From Promethearchaeota archaeon (lineage in GTDB: Archaea > Asgardarchaeota > Heimdallarchaeia > Hodarchaeales > Hodarchaeaceae): a stretch of DNA of 64,000 nt. The stretch is from assembly GCA_048938105.1 (NCBI GenBank), contig JBHLMN010000012.1:96001-160000 (forward strand), given 5' to 3'. Shown here piece after piece: positions 9,200 through 20,452 of the stretch. The position numbers were made by a program, and so were the translations under genes. The notes under the pieces are model-generated. The model was not told where the DNA came from, made no database searches, and saw only the letters and a list, made by a program, of their open reading frames with translations. Within the stretch, counting starts at the first letter, position 1. Every line of letters starts with the position of its first letter.

Positions 9200-10957
9200 T
9201 TAGGCGATATCTCGCGTCGGGATCCATTTTTTAGTCACAGCAATGAAGAATGCAATAACGACTGCTCCGAAAACGATTAATTTTGGAATTACTTTCTCAA
9301 AGGAAATGTCTTGTAGAAAAATTCCTGCCACATCAAAATAATAAAATGGGGTAAGGTAGAGTAACCATGACAAATCTTGATTCAGGATCCAAATCATTGG
9401 TATGAAGACTGCTATGAGAAAAACGCTAAGAAGTGCTACCAATAGGTATTTGGGACGGGGAATGGAAGCCAATGCCACGAAGAGAACGAGGAAAAGACTG
9501 TACCCAATTCCTAGAAAGATAAACGTTAACGCTGTTGCCCCCAAATCTGTTATCACGACATCTGTATATGTTCCAAGGAGAATTTGACTGACATAAAGAA
9601 TCACAAAATTAGCAAGCATAATTATCCATAAATACACGAGAGCTGCAATTGTTCTTTCTAAAATGATCCAGGTACGAGTTCGAGGCATTGACCAAGTGAT
9701 TTCGTCATATCCAGCATTCCTATCACGCATAATGATAGCATGGGTCATAATGAAGAGAAACGGACCGTAGTATATCCAATGGAATACCATGATTTTGTAG
9801 AGCAGAAATCCTTCGAGAGTCGGAGTCAAACTATGTCCAAACAGAAAAGCTGCTATAATAGGAGATTCAAATAATATATCTAAATCAGAAAGGATAACCG
9901 CCATCGCTGCATCTCCAGGATACACAATAACTACAATCGCTAGTAACATACTCGTTACGACTAAATAAATTAGGAATAATCCAGCTGAGGACTGGAGTTG
10001 ATCTCGAAAAGCAGGATAGTTCCAACCTGTTCTGGAAAGAATCGACTCAATAGGAGTTCGTACAAATTTTCGAACGAAGGAGAATTTGGCAATTATTTTC
10101 CGTATTCCAAGGTTATTTTCTCCTTCAACCATTTCTTGATAAGCTGACCGTGTTTTAATGTGATCTACTCGATATAAGAAGAAAATTGTCAAGACAATGA
10201 GAAGTATCACTAAAAGAAGGCATCTGAGGATGAATTCTTCATTCCATGTTCTATCTAAGGCGTGTTTAATAGCGCTAATTTGTGTCATCAGATTGATATC
10301 CTCCAGCTTAAAGTTGAAATCTTTCAACATATCGTCGATTTCTTGGTGTAGAAGATCCAAAGTAAATGAAACTATGAAGAAGATACCGCCAAAAGCATAT
10401 CCAGTTCGCGTAGACAATGAAATCGCACAACCTAAACTTGTTACCATTATTACAACGAATGTAAAAAAAAGTGGAAGAATAAATGCGATTGTAAAAGATG
10501 ACACACCACCTCCACCTGATAACAGTGATCCTACTCCTACGAGATATGCAGGTAACACAATAAGCGGAACTAATACAATAATAAGCGATAAATTCTCCAA
10601 AAAATATCTGAATGGTGATTTTTCCGTACTGAAAATGAGTTCTTTTCCATCTCGTTCATCCCATGGCAATATCCGAGTACCAAGAAAGATTCCCATCACA
10701 GGGTAGATGATGTTGGCGAATATAGAAAACAGTAATAGAAACCAGAAGAGTAGACCAGGATTGTCAACATCAGGTATCGATCCAATAAGAGCCTGAACGA
10801 CTGGTATTTCAAAAAAAGTTCCGAAGAAATCTGGGCCAGGGTAGATTATACCAATTACAGCCACGATTAGCACCAAGACCATAGCTGCTAATAAAGCGAC
10901 TGTCCTATACCTTTTCAAATCTAGCCAAAAGCGCCGAACTGTGAACTGAACTGTCAT
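9200..10957 (-). CDS. ABC-2 type exporter permease (duplicated TM domains)
   Basis: ~12 TM in two halves (ERDGKELIFS / RDRNAGYDEITWSMP; TPFYYFD); follows the ATPase gene. Confidence 0.8.
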   Translation of the reverse strand: MTVQFTVRRFWLDLKRYRTVALLAAMVLVLIVAVIGIIYPGPDFFGTFFEIPVVQALIGSIPDVDNPGLLFWFLLLFSIFANIIYPVMGIFLGTRILPWDERDGKELIFSTEKSPFRYFLENLSLIIVLVPLIVLPAYLVGVGSLLSGGGGVSSFTIAFILPLFFTFVVIMVTSLGCAISLSTRTGYAFGGIFFIVSFTLDLLHQEIDDMLKDFNFKLEDINLMTQISAIKHALDRTWNEEFILRCLLLVILLIVLTIFFLYRVDHIKTRSAYQEMVEGENNLGIRKIIAKFSFVRKFVRTPIESILSRTGWNYPAFRDQLQSSAGLFLIYLVVTSMLLAIVVIVYPGDAAMAVILSDLDILFESPIIAAFLFGHSLTPTLEGFLLYKIMVFHWIYYGPFLFIMTHAIIMRDRNAGYDEITWSMPRTRTWIILERTIAALVYLWIIMLANFVILYVSQILLGTYTDVVITDLGATALTFIFLGIGYSLFLVLFVALASIPRPKYLLVALLSVFLIAVFIPMIWILNQDLSWLLYLTPFYYFDVAGIFLQDISFEKVIPKLIVFGAVVIAFFIAVTKKWIPTRDIA

Positions 10958-10968
10958 CCTCTACTCAC

Positions 10969-11907
10969 CTACTTTTTACTTTCATAGAACTGCAGGAAGA
11001 ATTCTTCAAGGCTCGCAGGAGGATAGACGAGTTCTTCAGGATCCATAGCTAGTAGAGACCCAATGCTGTCTTTAATCGAATCTTCCATCCGAATTAACAA
11101 TCTCACGAAATTATCGTGTTTTCGAAACTCAAGAAGCCGATCACCAAATTCGGTTAGGCGGGATTCATCTGGATTTCGAAGACGTGCCTCCAAGATACGG
11201 GGAACATCCTTATTAAGATCCTCAATTTCCTCGATGCTAATTAGAAAGCCATCGTTAACTATCCCAACTCGATCACATACCCGTTGAACTTCTTCAAGAT
11301 TGTGAGAACTCATAAAGAGTGTTTTTCCTTCCTTCTTCGATTCTAAAAGGAGTTTAAAAACTACATGTTGGAGTAATGGATCTAATCCCGCTGTCGGTTC
11401 ATCCATGATTAATACGTCAGGATCATTCATAAAACCCGCGACAACACCAACTTTCTGTTTATTTCCTTTTGATAAAGCACCGATTTTCTTCCTGAGGTGT
11501 GAATTGAGATCGAATCGATCGATGATTTCTTGTCGTCGCATCGCTGACTTACCGCGCATTGCCTCTATGTAATTTAAGAATTCATTAACTGTGTAATATT
11601 CAGGTAAAGCTAATTCACCAGGGATATAACCTATCTTCTCACGTAACCTTGAATTTCCCCGCGTAACTAACTCCCCAGAAATCCTGATTTCTCCTTTTGT
11701 AGGTAAGAGTGTGTTCATCATGCAGCGTATAGTTGTCGTTTTCCCTGCTCCATTAGGACCAAGAAACCCAAATATTTCACCAGTTTGAACCTCGAGATCT
11801 AAATCCTCTATCCCGCGAGTAGAACCATAATATTTCGTTAAACCTTTAATTTCTATCTTTGTTTCTTGAGGCAATTCCTTCACCAACTTATAATGGAGAA
11901 ATAGCAT
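10969..11907 (-). CDS. ABC-2 type transporter ATP-binding subunit (probable start TTG 11874)
   Basis: GPNGAGKTT, LSKGNKQK, DEPTAGLD, SSH. Confidence 0.95.
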   Translation of the reverse strand: MLFLHYKLVKELPQETKIEIKGLTKYYGSTRGIEDLDLEVQTGEIFGFLGPNGAGKTTTIRCMMNTLLPTKGEIRISGELVTRGNSRLREKIGYIPGELALPEYYTVNEFLNYIEAMRGKSAMRRQEIIDRFDLNSHLRKKIGALSKGNKQKVGVVAGFMNDPDVLIMDEPTAGLDPLLQHVVFKLLLESKKEGKTLFMSSHNLEEVQRVCDRVGIVNDGFLISIEEIEDLNKDVPRILEARLRNPDESRLTEFGDRLLEFRKHDNFVRLLIRMEDSIKDSIGSLLAMDPEELVYPPASLEEFFLQFYESKK

Positions 11908-12506
11908 ATTCTATATTGTTTATTACTGAAAAAAATTCTATAAACATATTTAAAGCTAATTTTCTATAAAGAATATTTCCAATTATAGAACCAGAAATTA
12001 TTTCCAAAATTAAATAATTAACATATGATCATTCTTTGACTGGTATTTAAGAATTTCTTTGGGAACACTATAAAAATAAATAAGCAGAGAATTTTACAGA
12101 TAAAAAAGAGCTTTTTTTATTAAATGTCATTTAATCTGGGTCATATTTGATTTCTACCGCAATAATGACATATGACCAATGTTACATTAATGATTATCTA
12201 GCGTTTTATAAAAAACTTTCTTTAACCAACGTTATATGGTCAAAGAGGGTTATGTTAAAAACTATGTTCTGTCGCATAACTTTGATTTAACCTCAGGATA
12301 TCTCTAACAAGCTAATCTCAATTGAAAATAGATAAGTCTAATTTTTCGCTGTTCGATCTATGGCACGAGGCATTATCCCTGATAATCTACCTGATTAACA
12401 CGATGTAATCAAAAATTGTCATCCTTTAAAATCAAATATAAATATCTCAGTAAGGAGCGAATTTTAGAGTTCAATTTATTATAATGATAACAGTGGAAAG
12501 GACAAA

Positions 12507-13229
12507 ATGCAGAATGAATTAGATTTAAATGAAAGTTCAACGAAAAATAATGCAATTCGAATTATTGTTTCAGCCTTAGCTATTCTCTCTGGTTTTGCAG
12601 GGTTTGAACATGGATTTTTTGAATTTTTACAAGGGAATGTAGCCCCAGAAGGTTTTGTTATTTCCGCTATTGGTCCTAATCAAAGGTTTTGGTCATTGGG
12701 ACAAGAACCCGCATTTACATTAATCCCAAATTTCTTTATTACAGGTATTTTAGCTATGACCATTGGTATTTCAATAATTATTTGGGCGATTTTTTTTATT
12801 GATAAACGATTTGGAGCTCGCATACAATTTCTCCTCTCAATTTCTTTATTTCTCGTCGGAGGAGGTTTTGCTCCAATACCCCCTGCTCTACTTGCCTCAA
12901 TTATAGCTATTGAAATTGATAAACCATTAACTTGGTGGCAAGCGAATCTACCTGAAAAAATTCAACAAGTTTTTAGATTATTATGGCCTTGGGATGTCAT
13001 CTTATTTATTCTTTTATACTTAATCCCAATGTGGATTGCGGTTTTTGGAGTTCCTCTAATTTGGTTCTTTACAGAAGAAGTCACTGTTCAAATTAATACT
13101 AATTTGGGATTATTATGTGTTTTCTTTATTTTGATTTCCATTATATCTGCCATTTCTGTGGAAATCCAAAGAAAATCCAATAAGTACTCAGAGAAGCAAA
13201 TAGAGTACTTAAAGACGGAGGTAATATAG
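12507..13229 (+). CDS. Conserved hypothetical membrane protein
   Basis: ~6 TM; GFEHGFFEFLQGN and EPAFTLIPNF motifs. Confidence 0.7.
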   Translation: MQNELDLNESSTKNNAIRIIVSALAILSGFAGFEHGFFEFLQGNVAPEGFVISAIGPNQRFWSLGQEPAFTLIPNFFITGILAMTIGISIIIWAIFFIDKRFGARIQFLLSISLFLVGGGFAPIPPALLASIIAIEIDKPLTWWQANLPEKIQQVFRLLWPWDVILFILLYLIPMWIAVFGVPLIWFFTEEVTVQINTNLGLLCVFFILISIISAISVEIQRKSNKYSEKQIEYLKTEVI

Positions 13230-13404
13230 GTTTAGATGCTATACCTCGATCAAAGAAAGATTATTATCTTGGGAGAGTCAAAAACTCTAAACCAGTAACA
13301 GAAAACCCATTTTTGGCAACATCATCCGACCTAACATACACTGAATTTTCCACAAAGGATAATCTCCAATTCTCTCGGGGGTATAATGTTCAGTAACCAA
13401 CGAA

Positions 13405-13866
13405 ATGGAGTTAAAAAAATTGATAGCAAGTACAAATGAAATAATTAGTGAACTATCATCAGCATCTGCCAAGATACTGCTACTGATAGGTTTAATCTTT
13501 ATTATTTTAAAAATTATTGATAAAAAATGGAATAATCAGCCCTGTCATGGATTCTATGTGAAAAGGAAAGTATTACTCTACCAATTACACATTAATGGTT
13601 GTAAATTCGCAATAATACTGTCATTTGTTCATGGTTTTACCTCGACACCCGTGAATCAATCGGATTGGATTACTGGGTGGATTTTAGGAATTATCATGCT
13701 AACATTATTAGGATTAGGCGCTATTCTTAGTATTAAGAATAAATCTAAACCTATGGATGCGGAAAAAGACTTAGAATGGAAAGTTATCAGATTTGTCAAA
13801 TGGGGTTTGACAGGTATCGGTTTTTTATTCCTTGTAGTACACACAACCAGCTTGATCTCTTTTTGA
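13405..13866 (+). CDS. 4-TM membrane protein with intramembrane His (cytochrome b/ferric-reductase-like TM domain?)
   Basis: His at YQLHING, SFVHG and LVVHT at helix ends; family not confirmed. Confidence 0.5.
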   Translation: MELKKLIASTNEIISELSSASAKILLLIGLIFIILKIIDKKWNNQPCHGFYVKRKVLLYQLHINGCKFAIILSFVHGFTSTPVNQSDWITGWILGIIMLTLLGLGAILSIKNKSKPMDAEKDLEWKVIRFVKWGLTGIGFLFLVVHTTSLISF

Positions 13867-14009
13867 ATATTTAGGTGAATCATCCAATGAGTAAAGGATA
13901 TATTATTTTTCAGGCACTGGAAATTCTTTGGTTCAGTGCAGCAATTCCTGGCCCTAGTTGGGTTACAATGATTTCTTGCGGTAATGCAAGGCTTTCCCAT
14001 GATCCTAAA

Positions 14010-14843
14010 CTATATCTTTATTGAATAAAATATAGATTCTCCTATAATAAAAATTGTACTTAAAGTAATCACAATAGCAAGTAATAATTGTAAGAAATAG
14101 GGTCGTAGATTATATTGAGAAAGAACAGTTCCAAGAACTGATCCTATGAAGCCTAAAGCAAATACACATATTGCTGTAATTAGCTCTAGTTGATTAAACA
14201 TAATAAATTGTGTAGTTGTAGATAGTGCAGTAAATAGAACCATGAAACTTCCTGTTCCACATGCAATCCTAGGAGATAGTCCTAATTCACTTAACATCGG
14301 AACTTTAATTAAACCTCCACCGATTCCTACTATTGAAGAAATCATTCCTGCAGAAAAAGAGCCCCCTATGGCTATTATAGTTTTTTCTGAAGATAATTGA
14401 GAATTTATAAAACCATCAGTTTCTCCTTCTTCTACTTTTAATCCGTTTTTGATTTTTTGTGCCCTTTTAATAGATTCGATTGATAAAATGATCATTAGAA
14501 TAGTAAAGAAGAACAGAATGAGATATTCTGGGATATTGAGAAAAACTTGTACACCGACTAACGTACCAATGATTGTAAATGGCTCTAGTGTCAGAGCCAA
14601 TCGGTAGTTTATTGTATGATGTTCAATATTTACTAAAGTAGAGCCTAAACCCACTCCAAAAATTACTGCACTTGCAACAGGAATGGCTTGTGATATTGTT
14701 AATCTCCCTATCATCAATAAAATAGGAGTAAATAACCCTCCTCCTCCTATTCCGACTATTCCAGCTAATGCTGCAAAGATAAGTATTAATCCGCCAATTA
14801 GTACTTGAAATAACAGGTTTTCAGTCAAAAAGATCACTAACAT
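14010..14843 (-). CDS. Sulfite exporter TauE/SafE family protein
   Basis: Duplicated GIGGG..xxP motifs (GIVGIGGGGLFTP; SIVGIGGGLIKVP); ~8 TM. Confidence 0.9.
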   Translation of the reverse strand: MLVIFLTENLLFQVLIGGLILIFAALAGIVGIGGGGLFTPILLMIGRLTISQAIPVASAVIFGVGLGSTLVNIEHHTINYRLALTLEPFTIIGTLVGVQVFLNIPEYLILFFFTILMIILSIESIKRAQKIKNGLKVEEGETDGFINSQLSSEKTIIAIGGSFSAGMISSIVGIGGGLIKVPMLSELGLSPRIACGTGSFMVLFTALSTTTQFIMFNQLELITAICVFALGFIGSVLGTVLSQYNLRPYFLQLLLAIVITLSTIFIIGESIFYSIKI

Positions 14844-15392
14844 CTTAATTTTGGAGATATCTTTTCCTAGATAGCTTTTTTTGGGGAATTAAACTATTAC
14901 ATTTCGTTTTTACCTTCTTCTAATGTGAATTTTAAGTTTTTTTATGAAAAATTCGCTTTTCTAAACTCTGATCTAATTAATTGTATTGAAGAGCGTTTAT
15001 TTTTCATGTTTACTTTTTCTATAGATATTTACTCGTAAAATAGTATTACAATGCCACAGGGTCAGATTATTCAAGGATATTTATTAACTGATAACGAAAA
15101 ACACATCCAAAGCCGATTTACTTGTTTTATATGCAATAAGCTTAGAAACTGATCGAAAACTCCAAGGGTGGTGGCTTAAGCGATAATTTCATTCTTCGAT
15201 TTTTTTTATCCCTATTTATCAATCCAGTTTTTGATTCTAGGATCAAAACAGAATAACCATTATTTATATATTCAAATCGAATATGATATTTATTGTTTCA
15301 ATAATTCACATCTTTAGAGGATGTTATATCTAGATTCTCATACGCGATGACATTTGAATGGATTCAAATTTTATTTGAGTGGAAATGACGTT

Positions 15393-15539
15393 TAACTAAC
15401 GATTTATTCCGAAAAAAAAAGTGATTTAAGAAATTAGATTTCATTAGAAAAAGAAAAACTCCTTAAACAGGCCTAATTCAAAAAAAACAGAATATAAGGT
15501 AATTCAGGAGTCTTTGAAATCCTAATTGGCCGAAACTTA
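15393..15539 (-). repeat. Degenerate ~150-bp direct-repeat copy of 20453-20603 (decayed 3' end of the 20504-20893 gene)
   Basis: Shared blocks AGATTTCATTAGAAAAAGAAAA-TCCTTAAACAGGCC-AATTCAAAAA and GGAGTCTTTGAAATC...AATTGG-CGAAACTTA. Confidence 0.9.
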
Positions 15540-15610
15540 TTGACATTCCTCAAAGCTAAACCATTATTAGTCACCATGAACAGTCATATAAAATTTAATT
15601 TTTATTATTT

Positions 15611-16384
15611 CTAAGAGTCTTTAATGGAAAAAAGAAAACGAAAAAATTTCCCGATATTTCTAGGATATGGAAAAAAGCTTGGAGTTTTATTGATATACTG
15701 TCGATGTGGTTCTCCGATTCTTTTAATTAACTCTTTATCTTCCATCTTTGCTCCGATAATGAAAGGAATGAAAGCTATTAATGCAATAATAATTGCTAAC
15801 AGATTATTTTTTAATAAAGCTAATCCTATAGCGAGAAACATGTCTCCAGTATACATAGGATGTCGAATGTAAGAATAGATATCAGAAGTGACAGAAGCTC
15901 CCTCCTCGGGGAATACCATATAGATCCCTAATCCATGGCCTATTTCATCAAAACCCGCTTTACGTAGATGCCACTCTAGTAAAAATCGCATTAGAATGAA
16001 AAATATTCCTATAACAAGGGCAACCCAAAAAGGTAGAAAAATTGGGCCCGTTAGTAAAAAAGCATGGAATATACAGGCATTCCCAGTGATAAGAACTGGA
16101 ATTACATAATGAAAAAAGAAGTTTCGATATGCTAACACCCCATATTTCTCTCGATAAGTTGTGGCCTTTGTTGCAAAACAGTAAAAATAGACGATACTGA
16201 TAAGCACCAAAATCAATTGACTAATTATAGCTCCATACCAACCGAAACTATCAAACCACAAGAATAGAATCAGAATTGTTATAAACACTAGTATTGAGAG
16301 AGAAATAATAAATCCCATTTTCAAAGGGTTTCTAAATTCTGGGACCTTCTCCTTCAATAAGTTAAATCCTGTTTTTTGAGACAT
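15611..16384 (-). CDS. ICMT/PEMT-family membrane methyltransferase
   Basis: IYSYIRHPMYTG, MEDKEL..RIGE.H..Y...TPSFFP. Confidence 0.85.
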   Translation of the reverse strand: MSQKTGFNLLKEKVPEFRNPLKMGFIISLSILVFITILILFLWFDSFGWYGAIISQLILVLISIVYFYCFATKATTYREKYGVLAYRNFFFHYVIPVLITGNACIFHAFLLTGPIFLPFWVALVIGIFFILMRFLLEWHLRKAGFDEIGHGLGIYMVFPEEGASVTSDIYSYIRHPMYTGDMFLAIGLALLKNNLLAIIIALIAFIPFIIGAKMEDKELIKRIGEPHRQYINKTPSFFPYPRNIGKFFRFLFSIKDS

Positions 16385-16486
16385 TCATACCAATTCATAA
16401 TTATTTTATTCAAGATTTCTTCCAGTTTTTCAAGGTTCTAGGCTAGTTTGGGAGTAGTACTCGTTGTTGAACCATTGTTCTAATTA

Positions 16487-19400
16487 TTATTTCATCGGTC
16501 TGTGCTTTTGACCTGTTTTCTGTTTTTTCTTAACTAAGATCAATGGGAGGAGTACAATGACCCATAATACGATAATATCAATAAAGTACCAAGATGTAGT
16601 ATCAGCTGTACTACTCGTACTAGAAGTCGATTTGATTGTGGATGTACTCGGAATACTGGACGAGCTTTGTGGTACATAATCAGGATCGATAATTATGCCA
16701 TCATACGCATATACTCCCCGATCATCTCCTCCGATATTGCCAAGAGTGTCTTTAAACTCCACAAATACAAATTGTGGTCCTAAACCTGTGAGTGTGAACG
16801 GTATTATGCTTTGGAATGGCACCCATGAAACCCCCTCGAAAGAGGATGTTTGCGAGACTCGCATATGGCTAATATCTGTTTCATTGGTAATCAATGTTAA
16901 GGTTACTGTTGGATTGTTGGTATACTGATCCCCATTGTTGATAAACACGAATGCTGTTGGTCGGATAGTATCAATGTTAGGCATTGCACTCATAATGGGA
17001 CTAAACCCACTTTCCGCGCCTGCGGCATTTACAGCAACCATTCGATAGTAATAAATTTCGCCATTAGTTAAACCAGTGTCAATAAACTCTAGTGTACTAG
17101 CATCTATGGAATCGTTTATTAGTACAAAGGGCTTATTGATATTATCAGCGCGATAAAGCTTAAATTCGACTACTCCAGGTCGTGCTTGGAATCTGATTGT
17201 TATATTCTGGTTTCCAGGAATGGCTAGAAAGTTGGGTGGAACGAGTCGATCATCTTCAGTATAATAAGGATCTCGGACAGCATATATCTCGGAGAAGTCA
17301 CTTTCTCCTCCTCGATCCGTATCTGCACAGATTGGACTAGTTCCATGCACTAACTCATCAATATTTTCAAGTCCATCTAGATCTTGATCACCTTTTGCCC
17401 CATCGTCGCCTGAAGCGGTTTGGGTATTCATTCCATAACGTAATTCCCATCCATCTGGCAATCCATCCTTATCTTGATCATCGTCTGGGATCAGATGGAA
17501 AGCTCTACTTACCTCTCGAGTGAAATCCCCTACAATGGAGGAATGTCCTGTGGCTTGGATCTTCACGGTATATGTCCCTGGGTTCATCGTCCGGGTAAAC
17601 CAATTTCCATACACTCCATCATCAGGTAATCCATCTCCATGCTGGCCGTCATCATACAGTTTGAGATTCCACGACGCATAGTCTGTATAACTAGTACCTG
17701 TTCTAACCGTTGCTGAGACACTGGCACCACTAATCGGCGCCTTATCTGTAATTGTAGCTAGAATTGGAAATTCACACCCTGTCACTCTCAGAGTTGGTTC
17801 TTTCGGTGACCGACGATCTGGAAGCGGGAAATAGAGATTCATAGAGACAGGGCCCTCAACAGAAGCTTCAACAAAATATTCGATGCCTTCTGATCCCCCT
17901 TCAACAATTATTTTGTACTCTCCCGCAATTGGTTTGTCTAATATCCAGACATAATGTCCATAATAGTTTGTAGGTTCCTGTACACCTGTAGAAAATGTTG
18001 TTGATATATTTACCCCCTTGGGTGTCTGTAATACTACGGGTTGTCCAACGAAGGGGGTTTCTGCCTTGTAGTTTAAAATTACTGTAGCTTTTTTTGCTTG
18101 ATCGAGGTTAAATGATTCCTCTATATTCCAATTAGCTCCCTTAAGTTCTTTTAAGTTCGAATAGACTCGTTGTTCTTTTGTTGTCTGTTCTACTATAGAT
18201 CGATAGATATCTGCTAAATCAGAGGCTAGAGTGCCTGACGCAGGATCAAAAGCGAAATGAATTGATCCTCTGGTCATATATGCAAGTTCTTGTAAATCCG
18301 CGGCCTGGGTATCGATTCCTAATAAAATCGCGTGGACTTGAGTATAATTATTTGTAATTAAAGGGGCGACATCGGCTAAATATCGCGCGGCATTTTCTAC
18401 CCCGTCCGTCAGAATAATTATATGATCGTCTAGAAAAGTATTGTTACCATACAGAGCAATTTCATTTTGGGCATAATAGAGGCCATCTCCGATAGAAGTT
18501 GCTCCCCCTGGCGTGATACTATTGATTTGACTGATCAGATAATCTCGTGATTGTTCAACTGGTTTTAAATCGGCATGGAGAGTAGCATCATCATCAAAGC
18601 TCACTATACCGACTTGACATCGATTGTAAAACGAATTCACGAACAATCGAGCAGCTGCAAGAGCAGCATCAAGCTTTTCATTCCACATCATGCTTCCAGA
18701 CCGATCAATTACCAGCATATTATCTGGGGTTCGAATGTCATACGCAACTGCCTCTTCTTCTATGTCCATTGCGGTACCATATGTTACCGTGAGATCGTAA
18801 ACATTAAAGGAAGGTTGGACTGGAGCTTCTACTTCCAGATAATATAGTCCATAGACCTCTGTACAGCTTGTTACATTTGCATCCAATCCTCCTATTGTTA
18901 CCTGAACATCATCTTTATCAATATTGGGTACAGTGTGCCAATTGGAAATGACTTCTATAATTATCAATAGTTTTCCTGGATCATCAGGGGGTCCTACATA
19001 AGCCTCAAGATTGTCAAAACGGGATCGGGGTGTTTGGATGTCAATAGACAGGCCCTCTCCAATAGATGAGAACATATACTGATAGTTGACTGCATCAGGA
19101 TTTGTCTCCTCTAATGTTGAGACAATCAACACGAGCTCATCTCCAGGCTTCACCATAACAGTTTGAGAGAAATGTTTTGTACGTCTTTGCGTATAATGTC
19201 CTACTAGGTTGTTGTTGTTAATAATAAGTAGTTTAATGAATAGATCTTCGTCTGTAGTTTGGGTTACATCAACAAATATTGGAGAACGAGCTCCACGGAC
19301 AATTGGAACGACTCGATAATATTTAGGAGACCACGGGGTAGGAATCATATCAATATCTGATTCAGTCCCCCCATAGGGTAAGATCGTGTTAATTTCAAGC

Positions 19401-20341
19401 GGGACTGATGGATAACGTCCAGGGGTTTGCAGTTCATCCATATACTGATAACTTGATGGAGATCCCCATTCTAAATCCTTCGCATAATTTGCTACTACAA
19501 ATGCTGTGAAAACATCAACTAGATCCCAACTTGTATATCCAAGGCGGTCTAGCATTTGTTCAAAGATATAAAAGGCATCAGTACAGCCACCTGCTGCTTG
19601 AGCAGCTTCCCAGAAGTGATAAAGAGCATCCACTCCCCTACCAGGCTCTACTTGATATTGACCGAATTGTTCCGTCACATAATTCCAAAATAATGCTAAA
19701 TCGTATGCTCCATCTTGGAATAAATTCCTGATTGGATTCTCAAGATACCCTTGGACTTCCCCGTAATAATTCGCCCATCCAAAGGTGTCATCGGTATCAC
19801 AGATAGAATAGATTTTATCTTGTAACATTCTGGCCTGGCCTTCATAAACCCACGGTGGCCCAACGCTCCCAGGATACATGAACTGAATAACATGCAGATA
19901 TTCATGAACTGCAATAGCATACTGTTCAAAGATCGACGCACTTCGACCTAGATTGATGTCTGCTTCTCCGAGGAAGAATGGATCGAATTCCATTTGTCCA
20001 TGACCTGCCTGAATCCCCCCTCGGGCGTTAACTCCTCCCTGATCTTTAATCCCTATCCTTGTTCGTGAATTTCTCTCTGGGTTATCAAAATTCCATTGAA
20101 GGACCTTGTCTCGGACATCTTCGATAAGAGCTCCAAAAATCTCCACTTGACTGAGGGATACTTCGTGTATCGGAAATCCACTATCTAGTGGAATGTAGTG
20201 TATCTGAAAATGTCCTTGAGGCGTATAGTAAATTTCCCAGCTAGCTTCTCTACCCATTACTCCGCTAGCAGAGATAACAATTACCAGTAATATACCTATT
20301 ATAAGTTTGGATGGAAATCTCATATTGGAAACGGGCTTCAT
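16487..20341 (-). CDS. Large secreted, C-terminally anchored protein: HExxH metalloprotease + vWA + CLCA-like beta domain + TSP3-like Ca repeats + FN3
   Basis: Signal peptide; AVHEYLH...WVYEGQA; LVIDRSGSM, GATSIG and ILTDG (MIDAS); LYDDGQHGDGLPDDGVYG; DQDKDGLPDGWE and DQDLDGLENIDE; DTGLTNGEIYYYRMVAVN; S/T linker, TTSW, TM, KKKQK. Confidence 0.85.
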   Translation of the reverse strand: MKPVSNMRFPSKLIIGILLVIVISASGVMGREASWEIYYTPQGHFQIHYIPLDSGFPIHEVSLSQVEIFGALIEDVRDKVLQWNFDNPERNSRTRIGIKDQGGVNARGGIQAGHGQMEFDPFFLGEADINLGRSASIFEQYAIAVHEYLHVIQFMYPGSVGPPWVYEGQARMLQDKIYSICDTDDTFGWANYYGEVQGYLENPIRNLFQDGAYDLALFWNYVTEQFGQYQVEPGRGVDALYHFWEAAQAAGGCTDAFYIFEQMLDRLGYTSWDLVDVFTAFVVANYAKDLEWGSPSSYQYMDELQTPGRYPSVPLEINTILPYGGTESDIDMIPTPWSPKYYRVVPIVRGARSPIFVDVTQTTDEDLFIKLLIINNNNLVGHYTQRRTKHFSQTVMVKPGDELVLIVSTLEETNPDAVNYQYMFSSIGEGLSIDIQTPRSRFDNLEAYVGPPDDPGKLLIIIEVISNWHTVPNIDKDDVQVTIGGLDANVTSCTEVYGLYYLEVEAPVQPSFNVYDLTVTYGTAMDIEEEAVAYDIRTPDNMLVIDRSGSMMWNEKLDAALAAARLFVNSFYNRCQVGIVSFDDDATLHADLKPVEQSRDYLISQINSITPGGATSIGDGLYYAQNEIALYGNNTFLDDHIIILTDGVENAARYLADVAPLITNNYTQVHAILLGIDTQAADLQELAYMTRGSIHFAFDPASGTLASDLADIYRSIVEQTTKEQRVYSNLKELKGANWNIEESFNLDQAKKATVILNYKAETPFVGQPVVLQTPKGVNISTTFSTGVQEPTNYYGHYVWILDKPIAGEYKIIVEGGSEGIEYFVEASVEGPVSMNLYFPLPDRRSPKEPTLRVTGCEFPILATITDKAPISGASVSATVRTGTSYTDYASWNLKLYDDGQHGDGLPDDGVYGNWFTRTMNPGTYTVKIQATGHSSIVGDFTREVSRAFHLIPDDDQDKDGLPDGWELRYGMNTQTASGDDGAKGDQDLDGLENIDELVHGTSPICADTDRGGESDFSEIYAVRDPYYTEDDRLVPPNFLAIPGNQNITIRFQARPGVVEFKLYRADNINKPFVLINDSIDASTLEFIDTGLTNGEIYYYRMVAVNAAGAESGFSPIMSAMPNIDTIRPTAFVFINNGDQYTNNPTVTLTLITNETDISHMRVSQTSSFEGVSWVPFQSIIPFTLTGLGPQFVFVEFKDTLGNIGGDDRGVYAYDGIIIDPDYVPQSSSSIPSTSTIKSTSSTSSTADTTSWYFIDIIVLWVIVLLPLILVKKKQKTGQKHRPMK

Positions 20342-20452
20342 GGAAGTTCACCTAGATATCAGGAAAATAGGTATTATGTATTCTTGTTGATTTTAAGTTA
20401 TGCGCAATTTTTTGATTCTTCTGATAACATTTCTTCTATAATAGATGTGTAA

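Noticed and set aside
13656-14000. Cys-rich knottin-like peptide ORF (MGKPCITARNHC...CC...C)
   Set aside because: No signal peptide, incomplete Cys pattern, and most of the ORF is antisense to 13405-13866; probably spurious.
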